Assembly (NCBI RefSeq): GCF_006345805.1
Contig: NW_021833965.1
Location: 7,674-71,673 of the forward strand
Direction: 5' to 3'
DNA length: 64,000 nt
DNA from: Octopus sinensis
Taxonomy: Eukaryota
The translations under genes were made by a program, and so were the position numbers. Under the pieces are notes generated by a model. The model was not told where the DNA came from. It saw only the letters and a list, made by a program, of their open reading frames with translations, and did no database searches. Below, piece after piece: positions 1 through 12,035 of this stretch (positions within the stretch are counted from its first letter, which is position 1; each line of letters starts with the position of its first letter).

Positions 1-203
1 AACAGTTATATAATAAATAATAAGGATAAGAATAACAACAATAATAATAATAACAGTAATAATAACTATTAATTTTGGCGGAAGGCAAACAAATTTGAAT
101 TAAATCTATGACATCAAATTCAGTTCTGAACTGGTTCATGTTTTACAGATCCCGAAAACATGGGAGCCAACTGCAACTTAAAAGGTGAACAGCTAGAAGA
201 AAT

Positions 204-870
204 GTGGCTAAGCATCACCACCCCACCACCACAACCACCACCACCATCCTCATCGTCGTCATCGTTATCATCATCTTCGTCATCATCATCACCATCAGCA
301 TCACCATCACCATCATCATCATAAACAGCGTCATCATCCCCACCATCATCATCAGAACCATCATCACCACCATCATCATCATAACCATCAACATCATCAT
401 CATCATCATCATCAACACCACCAGCATCATCATGATCACCATCATCACAATCGTCATCATCATCATAAACAGCAACATCATCACCACCATCATCATCATC
501 ATCATCATCATCTTCAATACCACCAGCATCATCATGCTCACCATCATGATCACCACCATCATCATCATAAACAGCATCATCACCACCGTCACCATCATCA
601 TCACCACCACCATCATCACCATCATCATCATAACCATCACTATCGTCATCATCATCACCATCATCACCATCATCATCATCATCATCATCACCATCACCAA
701 CATCATCACCACTGTCATCACCATCCTCATCATCATCATCATCACCATCACTACCATTATCATCATAACCATCATCCCCATCATCATCATCACCATCATC
801 AACAGCATCATCACCACCGTCGTCGTCGTCATCATCATCATCATCCTCACCAATATCAACGTTGTCATCA
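204..870. repeat. Degenerate (CAT/CAC)n trinucleotide repeat with internal higher-order duplications
   Basis: Continuous catcat/caccat array; sub-motifs such as aacagc and caccagcatcatcatg recur. Confidence 0.95.
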
Positions 871-1179
871 GAAACCGTTGCTGGCGTCCTCAACGTCGAC
901 GTCATAAGTAACGATATAAGCGTTTGAAACAATTGAGTGGGTGGCGTCGGCGGCGGTTGACGTCGCCGGCTACTAAAGATATAAGCGGGGAATTAATGGC
1001 GAAAATATTGGATAAAGACGTTGAGATGAGGCGATGGGAGGTTTTAGTTAGTTGTAGTAACTATGGCAACGGTAATAATGAAAAGTGCAACATTAGTATA
1101 TTAGCTACGAAGAAAAAGAAATCAGGAAATAAGGAGAGGATGATAAATAACAATATAATAAGAGATAATTAAAACAGTG

Positions 1180-1235
1180 GTACAAAATATACGAATATAT
1201 AAGTACATATATATATATATACTTATAAAATATAT

Positions 1236-1268
<33 letters not shown>

Positions 1269-1611
1269 TTGCATACATGCATATAATCATAATATATAAA
1301 TGTATATATATATATATATTTATATACACACATACATGCATATATGAATATATAGAATAGATATATACACCTGCATTATAAGTATATAATACTTAATATA
1401 TATATATATATATATATATATAATAATATAGATATATATATATATATCCGTATAGCATATGATAGGAATATAATATATATAAATGCATATATATATATAT
1501 ATCATATATATAATAATATATATAAGATACTTATTATAGTATATGCATATATATATATAAAATACATGCACGTATGAATATATATACGAATATATATATA
1601 CTACACACAAC

Positions 1612-1684
<73 letters not shown>

Positions 1685-1800
1685 ACCTGCATAGATGCAT
1701 ATAAGTATGTATATAAATATATATATATGTATATATTACACCATATATAAGTATATGTATATATATATATAGATATATATATATATATTATATATATATA

Positions 1801-1843
<43 letters not shown>

Positions 1844-1900
1844 TATACATATATATGCATATAATACATATATTATACATTCTTACACACACACACATAA
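1180..1900. repeat. Compound (TA)n/(CA)n microsatellite field
   Basis: Directly visible dinucleotide runs. Confidence 0.95.
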
Positions 1901-2699
1901 ACGTAGTGGATGACTTCATCTGTATATGCAACGACAACGACAGAAACAAGGAGAATAAGAGCAGCAACACAAAGCTAATAAAAGCCTGATTATGAATAGA
2001 AAAAACAAGGGGAACAACAACAAAAAAAGAACAGACACGGGAAAAGAGTAGCAACGGAAGAAATAAACATTTAACAAGTGAGGATAAAGAAAACAAATGA
2101 GTTAATGATAATATTAAAACAAACAAACAACTGGAGCATTATAAAGAAATTCTACGCGTTAAAATAAATATAAAGCATTCGACATAGAAATAACGAACGT
2201 ATAGAAATATACAAATAATATCGTAAAAATATAGAAACAATATATTAATTAATACGCAGTGTCTACATGCAGAATAACAAAAATATAAATTTAATGCACA
2301 TACAAAATGCCAACGTGCAGAAATGCAGTGTATCGCTTATAGGAAAATTGCAATATGCGACAGAAAAATGTATATAACAACATAGATATATGTTGTATGG
2401 GGGATAAATATACGATATATTAATGGATAAATGATTTCAAAATATACAAATTATGAACAGTTAGTCATAAAAATTTGTTATAAACAAGAGAGGGGGCGGA
2501 AATTGGCAATACGCGCAGGCACACAAACAAACGCGTACTCACACACATATACACACACATACGTATATGTGTATATAAGCACAACAAAAAAAAAACAATG
2601 AGAGAGGAGAAACGGTGAGATGGAGGAGAGGACAAAAGTCATTAATATTTGCAAGCACACAATTACTCATAATTAATTAAAACAATATTGACAGGAACG

Positions 2700-2793
2700 G
2701 ATTCTAATATATATATATTTATATATACATACACACACATATATACAAGCGTGTGTGAGTGTGTGTATGTATGAATATATATATGTATATATT

Positions 2794-2826
<33 letters not shown>

Positions 2827-3023
2827 TATATATTTATATATGTATATATGTGTATGTATACACGCATACACGTGTATATAAGGGGATAGATAGATCGATA
2901 GAGAAATTGATAACTAGATAGATAAGCACGCAATTGTATGTATGTGCTGAATGTCCTAGGAATATCACTTGTCTTGTCCTTGTTGTCTTATTTTATTTAA
3001 CACATACACACACATATACATAA

Positions 3024-3065
<42 letters not shown>

Positions 3066-3130
3066 TCTATATATATATATATATGTATATATATATGCAT
3101 ATATATAATATATATATATATATATAGATG

Positions 3131-3178
<48 letters not shown>

Positions 3179-3250
3179 ATATATATATATAATATGTATA
3201 ATATATGCATATATATATATATTCATAAATATATGTATATACATATATTG
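2700..3250. repeat. (TA)n/(TG)n microsatellite field
   Basis: Directly visible dinucleotide runs. Confidence 0.9.
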
Positions 3251-3569
3251 ACAGATACATCCACATTGTAATAGTGTATAAGCAACTGACTAGAGAAGTT
3301 ATTGAGAGTAAACTGTTGTACGACTATCAACATCCTCATCACGATCATCATCATCATCGTCTTCGTCGTCGTCATCATCATCATGATCGTTATAATAAAG
3401 TTCCTGGAATTTATATAAAACAAAAAAAAGAAACTGAAATGAAGTGCAAACAAAACACGATCGAAAATATATAAAATTATAGATATTGATAAAAACTTAA
3501 ATAAGTTTTACAAAAACAAATATAAAAGAAAGCAGTAAAATATCATGAAGTGCAATATGAAGAATAACA

Positions 3570-3620
3570 TAGCACGACTGTAACAACAACAACAACGACA
3601 ACAACAACAACAACAATAAC

Positions 3621-3663
<43 letters not shown>

Positions 3664-3840
3664 TTAATGACGGTAATAATAATAGTAATAATGATAATAA
3701 TTATTATAATAATAATAGTAGTAATAATAACATTAACAACTACAATAATAATAATTATTATAATAATTATAATAAGAATAACAACAACAGCAATAGTAAT
3801 AATAACAATAACAACAACAACAACAACAACAATAATAATA

Positions 3841-3900
<60 letters not shown>

Positions 3901-3935
3901 GTAATAATTAAAATAATAATTTTAAGAAAATTATA
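3570..3935. repeat. (AAC)n/(AAT)n microsatellite
   Basis: Directly visible trinucleotide runs. Confidence 0.95.
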
Positions 3936-3940
3936 ATAAT

Positions 3941-4122
3941 GCTTTCAAATTTTGCCACAAAGGAAGTAATTTTGGGGGAAGGGATGAGTAGAAACCATCG
4001 ACCCGAAAGGGTGAAAAGTAAAAATGAACCTTGGCGAGATTTGAACTCAAAACGTAAAGACGGACGAAATGGCGCTGAGTATTTTGTCCTGTATACAAGC
4101 GATTCTGCCATCTCGCCGCCTT
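3941..4122 (-). mobile_element. tRNA-derived SINE, family A (decayed monomer)
   Basis: Reverse complement starts aaggcggcgagatggcagaatcg, has B-box-like gagttcaaatc and the cctttcgggtcga body shared with at least 10 copies in the window. Confidence 0.8.
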
Positions 4123-4479
4123 GAATAAAAGCAAGAACAACAACAACAATGACAACAAGTGCAATAAAAATCCACTGTGACAAAGACAACAACAGTTAGT
4201 GGAATAATAACGCGTTCGAGCAAAGTCAGAAATTAATTGAAATCATATTTTCTGCTACAACACGCATGCACCCACACACGCACATATACACACACATGTA
4301 TGCACGTGTATAAATATATACATACACCCGTGGACCCTCTGACATAGACACACAAACACATACATACACACATCGCATAAACATAGATAGGCATACAGGA
4401 ATGCTGAACATGGATAAAGATATGTAGAAAAAACGAATAAAAATGTAAATCCGGGAAACGAAGGAAATAAACGATAATA

Positions 4480-4567
4480 CTGCTGCTGGTGCTGACGCTG
4501 CTGCTGATGGTGACGACGATGGTGATTATGATGATGAAGACGATGATGACGATGCTGGTAATGATGG

Positions 4568-4598
<31 letters not shown>

Positions 4599-4851
4599 AA
4601 TGATGATGACGAGACGATGATGATAATTCTTGATGACGATGTTGGAGATGGCAAATGAGAACATGATGACGAATATGATAGAGATGATATACATATATAC
4701 AGATATATGTAATATAAGTTTATGTATGCACACACCACACATGCATATACATATGTATATATTATAATGCATACATATGTATGTATATATATATATATAT
4801 ATATATATTATTATATATATAACACAACATAATTTGACAAAAGACATATAC

Positions 4852-4908
<57 letters not shown>

Positions 4909-4935
4909 TAATAATAATAATGATAATAATAATAG
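4480..4935. repeat. (GAT)n, (TA)n and (AAT)n microsatellites
   Basis: Directly visible runs. Confidence 0.9.
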
Positions 4936-5123
4936 TAAAAACTAGTAACAACAAGTATGTCATGCGCAATAATGATTTGCGGAGACGTCCGGTCTGATAT
5001 ATTGTTTGTAAGATGTAAAGTTTACTCTTCGTGATTTATGGTATCGTCCCATACAAGAGATGTAATTCTCTTAGTAGATAACGCATAGTATTCTTGAAAA
5101 AACAAATTATGATGATGATGATG

Positions 5124-5173
<50 letters not shown>

Positions 5174-5345
5174 GCACACGCAAAGCCACATGCACAAACA
5201 CGCAAATACACAACATACATGCACGCAAATACACCAACAGACATTAAGATGTGACGCACAGACTCATACATCTGTACTTACAAGGATAGACTTCAAAATT
5301 TGCAATAATAAAGCGAAAGAAATGAATGGCGATGTCTTACTGGCT

Positions 5346-5401
<56 letters not shown>

Positions 5402-5895
5402 AAGAGATAGAGAAAGACAGTGAGTGGGAGAGAGACAGAGAGAAAGAAATAGTGACGGACAGAAAGAGAAAGAGAGCGAGAGAGGGATGGTGGGGACAGA
5501 GAGTTCTAAACGTTCTATTTATTGACTTCTTTTTGAGGAATCAGTCTCCACAGTTCGCTTTGCCATGTCTTGCAGCACTAATGTTTTAGCTCCAACGTTT
5601 TGGATTGCATAAATTTATCGAAGAGTTCCAAAGTTGATTAAGCACAGACGCACACACATACGCACGCACGCACACACACACACACACACACAAACGCATT
5701 CATACATACATATATAAATATACATATGCCTGCACACGCACATACACAGCCTCAGAAAGACATGCGTGTAGACCTGTTTTCTTCGTTGTTAAGGACCAAA
5801 GATATGTAGAGCTGTTTCATATTTATATCATACGAATATGTTATATTTTTTACTCAGCAAGTCACACAGCACACTCTTCGAACTAAACATCTTTT

Positions 5896-6092
5896 TAAGG
5901 GTACTAGGAGAAAATCACCCCCTGACAACCTCAACCCCGGCAGTTAATATCCACCGAGATATTTTAGGAAAGTGAAATTTTATAAAAAATTTTTTTAATA
6001 TTTATTAGTTGATATTTTTGTTTAAGATTTGTTCGGTAGTATTTTGACCTCGGGAGGATTTTGTCATCGGGGAATTTTGTCCTGATGCCCTT
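5896..6092. mobile_element. Candidate MITE with imperfect GC-rich terminal inverted repeats
   Basis: Left aagggtactaggagaaaatcaccccctgacaacc versus right ttttgtcatcggggaattttgtcctgatgccctt are imperfect reverse complements around an AT-rich core. Confidence 0.35.
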
Positions 6093-6579
6093 TTTAAGAG
6101 TGTACACATACATAATGATAACTTCAGACTCGTGCTCGAGTATTGCCATTGCCAGATCGAAACTCTCACACATGCGAAAGATACGACCTGCTAGTTTTGT
6201 AATAAGTCTTACTTATTTTTCAGTGATGTCAAACCGTGATAACTTGTTTCTAGTGGGGAAACGACTTGCACAAATCCAACCCCACTCTCTGTACATCGAT
6301 AATATAAACTCGAAAAGAAGGACCAGTCTAAATCATCGAACACTGTCTGTGTCGCAGATTTTTTCTCAGAGTTATCCGTTCCTAGAGAGATGTTGTGACC
6401 ACACACACACAAACACATACACACATACACACACACATGCACACACACATGCACACACATGCACGCGCACACACGTGCACACACACGCACGGAAGCACAA
6501 GCGCATGCACGCAGACGTGTACACACTCAAATAAGTAATGATGTTGCTTTTGCAAAGTATCAACATATATGGGATATAT

Positions 6580-6623
<44 letters not shown>

Positions 6624-6842
6624 TTAAAATAACTAAGTCTCTCTAAAAGAGAACAGCGGCAGCGTTCCCGGAAAATAATAGTTATCGCCATACTAATATG
6701 GCATTCTTATAAAAATAAGAAAAAGCTGTCCGCTTATTAGCTCCATGAGGCCATCGCCTTAAGTTAGCTATTTGATACACAAACTGTATCCATATAACCT
6801 TCGAACAAGGGAGGTCAGTCGCTCCACACTACTTGACCGGCA

Positions 6843-6883
6843 GCTACAGACGCGTTTCGGAGTATGCCCCTTTTCAATGCAGC
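6843..6883 (-). ncRNA. Type I minimal hammerhead ribozyme, U3-A8 core variant (array A copy 1)
   Basis: Minus strand reads GCUGCA-UUGAAAA-GGGG-caua-CUCC-GAAAC-gc-GUC-UGUAGC: 6-bp stem I, 4-bp stem II, palindromic stem III (ACGCGU), GUC cleavage triplet. Confidence 0.75.
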
Positions 6884-7199
6884 GTAGCCAGCCAGTAGGT
6901 GTCGCTTCCGACAATCTCTGTTCGATGGTTTTATTTACCTAGTTTCGTGGAATACATCCACTTGTTTTCAATAACGAAATATAAAATAACTAAGTCTCTC
7001 TAAAAGAGAACAGCGGCAGCGTTCCCGGAAAATAATAGTTATCGCCATACTAATATGGCATTCTTATAAAAATAAGAAAAAGCTGTCCGCTTATTAGCTC
7101 CATGAGGCCATCGCCTTAAGTTAGCTATTTGATACACAAACTGTATCCATATAACCTTCGAACAAGGGAGGTCAGTCGCTCCACACTACTTGACCGGCA

Positions 7200-7241
7200 G
7201 CTACAGACGCGTTTCGGAGTATTGCCCCTTTTCAATGCAGC
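7200..7241 (-). ncRNA. Type I minimal hammerhead ribozyme, U3-A8 core variant (array A copy 2)
   Basis: Same fold as copy 1, with stem II loop caaua. Confidence 0.75.
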
Positions 7242-7326
7242 GTAGCCAGCCAGTAGGTGTCGCTTCCGACAATCTCTTCGATGGTTTTATTTACCTAGTT
7301 TCGGTAATATATATATAATATATATA

Positions 7327-7364
<38 letters not shown>

Positions 7365-7464
7365 GCATTCGAAAGATACATCCGAACGTAATAGGTTGTA
7401 CTTTTTGCATGCGGGACTCCGGTACCGTTTTTCATCTAGTACAGCATATTATGCTCATAACAAA

Positions 7465-7524
7465 CTACGCTGATGAAGCTACAGATATCCTTGTGATATT
7501 AATAGCTGAAACTGCAGTACGTAG
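7465..7524 (+). ncRNA. Type I hammerhead ribozyme (array B copy 1)
   Basis: CUACG-CUGAUGA-AGCUA(cag-AUAUC-cuugu-GAUAU-uaa)UAGCU-GAAAC-ugca-GUA-CGUAG: canonical core, 5-bp stem I, extended stem II, palindromic stem III ACUGCAGU; predicted cut after 7519. Confidence 0.9.
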
Positions 7525-7962
7525 GTAATTATTCCATTTAGTATATTTCTTTTGTCTCACCATTGCTTTAGGTCGTGCTGAATTTTATTTTTATTTGAGA
7601 ACATAATCTTTGTGGAGAATGGCGATTTGACGTCTATATCTAGCATGTTGACTGTCCACCTTTTCGTGTTCAGTCCTTAATTGGTATATATAATATTTTA
7701 ATCTTCGGATTCTTTTTAATGTGCTAGACCACTGTTTTAATTGACTAATATCAATTTCTACCCTTAATTTTTAAATATGAAATATATGTTCTCAAACCGA
7801 TAATTGACTGCTGCTAATTATTGGTGCAGGTATTTTTCGATTATCAGCGCGCCAAAAGTAGAGGCATTCGAAAGATACATCCGAACGTAATAGGTTGTAC
7901 TTTTTGCATGCGGGACTCCGGTACCGTTTTTCATCTAGTACAGCATATTATGCTCATAACAA

Positions 7963-8022
7963 CTACGCTGATGAAGCTACAGATATCCTTGTGATATTAA
8001 TAGCTGAAACTGCAGTACGTAG
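7963..8022 (+). ncRNA. Type I hammerhead ribozyme (array B copy 2)
   Basis: Identical motif; CUGAUGA at 7968-7974; predicted cut after 8017. Confidence 0.9.
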
Positions 8023-8455
8023 GTAATTATTCCATTTAGTATATTTCTTTTGTCTCATCCATTGCTTTAGGTCGTGCTGAATTTTTTTTATTTGAGAACA
8101 TAATCTTTGTGGAGAATGGCGATTTGACGTCTTATCTAGCATGTTGACTGTCCACCTTTTCGTGTTCAGTCCTTAATTGTTATATAAATATTTTAATCTT
8201 CGGATTCTTTTTAATGTGCTAGACCACTGTTTTAATTGACTAATATCAATTTCTACCCTTAATTTTTAAATATGAAATATATGTTTCAAACCGATAAATT
8301 GACTGCTGCTAATTATTGGCTGCAGGTTAGTTTTTCGATTATCAGCGCGCCAAAAGTAGAGGCATTCGAAAGATACATCCGAACGTAATAGGTTGACTTT
8401 TGCATGCGGGACTCCGGTACCGTTTTTCATCTAGTACAGATAATGCTCATACAAA

Positions 8456-8515
8456 CTACGCTGATGAAGCTACAGATATCCTTGTGATATTAATAGCTGA
8501 AACTGCAGTACGTAG
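8456..8515 (+). ncRNA. Type I hammerhead ribozyme (array B copy 3)
   Basis: Identical motif; CUGAUGA at 8461-8467; predicted cut after 8510. Confidence 0.9.
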
Positions 8516-8869
8516 GTAATTATTCCATTTAGTATATTTCTTTTGTCTCATCCATTGCTTTAGGTCGTGCTGAATTTTATTTTTATTTGAGAACATAATC
8601 TTTGTGGAGAATGGCGATTTGACGTCTATATCTAGCATGTTGACTGTCCACCTTTTCGTGTTCAGTCCTTAATTGGTATATATATATATATATATATATT
8701 CTGTCGGTTTCTTAGTTTTATATTTCTCTCGCCTTCTTAACGTCATTTAGATCACAGATGTTATTGAGAAGGGCATCAAAACCATATTCACACACCTAAA
8801 ATTCTGAGAACGGATGTAAGTAAACCCCTTTGATACCATCGTCTCCTAGGGTCCATTACACGGTTTGTA

Positions 8870-9062
8870 TTGCGTATATGCGGTGGAGATCCCATTTCCT
8901 CTTAAACGGGCGTCAGTCACAGGGATACTCATTTACAGCCTAGTGGACTGAAATGACCTGAAATGAAATGTTTGGTTCACGAACCAAACGGACCACCTTG
9001 TCCGGGAATCAAACGACGATCTCATGGTTGTACAACACTGTAACCCCTAAACCACAAACCTT
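8870..9062 (-). mobile_element. Decayed tRNA-derived SINE, family B
   Basis: actcatttacagcctagtggactg...gaaatgaaatgtttggttcacgaac...ccgggaatcaaac matches the family B copy at 48680-48920. Confidence 0.6.
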
Positions 9063-10305
9063 CACGAGAGTGGATGACTGTATAGAATATTCAAGCCTCA
9101 TTAAATACTAAAATTAATTGATAACAAAATAAAGTATCAATGTTACAAAAAGGAATGAAATCTCAATAGTTATATCGTCCACCCCCTAATTCGTAGTTGT
9201 ATTTGCAAGCTTTTATAACTCAGCAAATTAACGCGAGTTACATCTTAACGCTGACTGGAGTAGTTACTAGAAGCTGAATAATATTTATTTGCTTAGGTAT
9301 TTGTGGTTGTTAATTTAGTTGAACACGTCTGTGTTATGGAGATAAATTTTATTAGCGAATATCATTCAGGTCATTGAGACTTTCTCAAAAAAGCTATCAT
9401 TCATTTGGTCTACCTAGGAAACATTTCAATAGGTAAAGATAATATCTCGTTTTCATCAGGCTTACAACCATTATGCCACTAAACCTAGACCTGTTTAATT
9501 TTATAAACGATGTTAAAATTTGTGTTATGATGTTTATTAAAGCTTTATTCAACATCTGCCGAAAAATCACTCTACTCTGCACATATTCGAATCAGTGCAG
9601 AATAGCTGTGTTTGAACTTCAATTTAGCGAGAATATTTAATGAATATTTGTCCATAATCATTCAGAAAACAAATATTTAAGAAACAAATTGAATCAGATT
9701 CCTTGCAAAGAACAAAACAAAACAAAACAAAAAAATATATCGTCGAGGTGGACTCGATATCTAACAAAACATCAGTTGAACCTTTATTGCAGTGCTGAAT
9801 TTAATGTCGTTTCAAAATAAGTAGCTCAGCTCTTGTGCCAACAATATGACCGAAAATATTGCAAACTGTATACAGTACTGAAAGCAATCTCAAAGAAACA
9901 ATTTCCATTACCTTATCGTTTGAATGTTTACTATAAAAATCAGTGTTTATCGCTCTGTTTCGAAGATATATTTATATTTCGCTATGGCTTTAAATACTCA
10001 TAACACACATCAATATTAACAAGATACACTCCGTAAACATATTTAATGGAAATTGCTAATACGCCAGAGAAAAACAACACAGATATATATAATCAATAAA
10101 ATATAGATAACGTTCAGTCAATACAGCAAAGCAAGGCCAAGAAATAGGTCATCCTCTATGAAAATAGGTCATTTTATCCAGAAGTATGAATGCGTGTTGT
10201 AGTGAAAGAGAATTAATTTTAGGATTGATGTCGCGCCACGTAGTAAGGATTAAGTCAACTTTGTCATCGTAAACATTATTCTGCCTCTTTTATATTAATG
10301 TGAAG

Positions 10306-10480
10306 GCACGTGGCATAATAGTTAAAGGTATTGGACGCAAGATTGTGGTTTCGATCCCTGAACCTTTGTTTCCTTTTGACCCAGTAATGCTCTGACCAGC
10401 GGGCCTCCCTTTCAAGGGGAGTGATGTGTTCTCAGTCATTTGAAATTCTTAGAAACCAGCTAAACCCTCTATGTCTTCTA
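10306..10480 (+). mobile_element. Decayed family B SINE fragment
   Basis: aggcacgtggcataatagttaaag...gattgtggtttcgatccc head similar to the 28853 copy. Confidence 0.5.
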
Positions 10481-11953
10481 GTATATGAGAGACTACTTAT
10501 TAGTAAGAAAAAGTGTCAAGCTTACTGTTGTTCTTTTTGTCATTTATACTCTCGTATCGATTCCGATGGTGCAGATCTACGCGGTCTCCCACCTAACTTG
10601 TAAGCCTTGTTCCTATTTTCAGAACCCAACCTGACTCCGCTTTTCTAATCTTGTAAATGAATCATTTAAAAGAAAGTTAGCTGCTATGTATTGCATATTG
10701 CAGTGTTCATTGTTGGCTAAGTTGAACCAACCAGAATTTTTGTTCTTCGTAATTGTATTAGGAAAATGTTACCTGGTGGACGGTGTTAAAATAATTGGCT
10801 TCGCTTAGATTCTTTCGAACGAAGTCTTGATTATATATTTTCAGTTTTGCACAAAACGAAATGTTACTCATGGAAGGAACTGTCCAGAGCTTCAGTAAGT
10901 TTCATAAAACCCAGGGAAGATCAACGAGTTAGCTGAGCTAGGCTGATAAACATTCAGCTTCCCTTTGTATCACTGAAATCACGTAACACGCATTTGTTTT
11001 TTCATAGTAAGCAATTACAATTTCTTTTACCATGAACTGATTTTCTGTCTCTAGGTATTGACGTTTCAGATTATCATTAAATTTACTTTACGTTGAATAA
11101 CAGTAGACAAAATCTATCAATCTATCAACGGGTTCAACACTGTTAAATGATAGCTTGGGTATCTATAGTGCCACCACTGTTGCGAGTTTTATTGCCAGGT
11201 TATTGGCTTAAGGATAAGAGACTCATTCACTCTCTTGAAATCAGAAGGTACCGTAAAGATCAATCCATACCCGTACACATTCGGTTATATTTAAATATCT
11301 ATAATTATAACTTTCATTATATATCCATTCATATACAGCTATATATACAATTACACACTCACACACACGCACCGAAGTTGCAGGTAATACTTCTCCGGAG
11401 AGAATACTGGTTACAGACTGCTTGCAAAGAACTGTACCAACTACACATCAATTCTCGAAACAGCTGTTGGGGATAAAAGTTCGTACACCTACCGCTTTCT
11501 CTTTCAGTTTTGGCTTTTACTCAAAATAACCCCCTTCAACCTACTGTGCAGTATCAGCAGTAAGGACTTACCGTCCAACTATTCCGGGTGTACACCCGGG
11601 TACATATTACAAACATTATAAACTTTCCTTATTCGAACTTACTGATCTCTGGTAATTTAAACTCTTCAGAGCATTCGCTTCTACGCATGTATTGTGCATT
11701 TTGCATAAATGCCTAAATGTCATTATTTCACACGGTACCAGTTATTTGCTCGTCCGTACTTTTATCCTGTTTGATATAAATGTACACACACACATACACA
11801 CACATACATGTACATAACTATATATATACATATACATATATATACATGTATATGTATATATATATATTACATACATATATTTATCTGTATATCTGTCTAT
11901 CTGCCTGTCTGCCTGTATCTATCAATCTATCTATCTCTTTCTCTCTCCTCGAT

Positions 11954-11990
<37 letters not shown>

Positions 11991-11995
11991 GTATA

Positions 11996-12035
<40 letters not shown>

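Larger units (their letters stand above)
6618..7303 (-). repeat. Tandem array A: ~1.9 copies of a ~357-bp unit with one hammerhead per unit (retrozyme / Penelope-pLTR-like), embedded in (TA)n
   Basis: aactaagtctctc at 6631 and 6988 (period 357); the units differ only by a few small indels; (TA)n on both sides. Confidence 0.9.
7361..8680 (+). repeat. Tandem array B: ~2.65 copies of a ~498-bp unit with one hammerhead per unit (non-LTR retrozyme-like), embedded in (TA)n
   Basis: agaggcattcgaaag at 7361, 7860 and 8358; differences are mostly small indels; (TA)n on both sides. Confidence 0.92.

Noticed and set aside
120-932. 270-aa Asp-rich ORF as a gene
   Set aside because: GAT codons cannot become stops by a single substitution, so a long open frame is expected; overlapping poly-I and poly-M frames are equally open.
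860-1000. CpG-rich patch with TGACGTC-like motifs as a promoter
   Set aside because: It is short, continuous with degenerate GTC/GCG triplet repeats, and has no linked transcript evidence.
6618-8680. Arrays as CRISPR or ordinary satellite DNA
   Set aside because: No unique spacers; each unit carries a ribozyme fold, which fits a retrozyme or Penelope origin better.
9453-9459. Minus-strand CTGATGA as a hammerhead core
   Set aside because: No flanking helices or downstream GAAAC-NUH.
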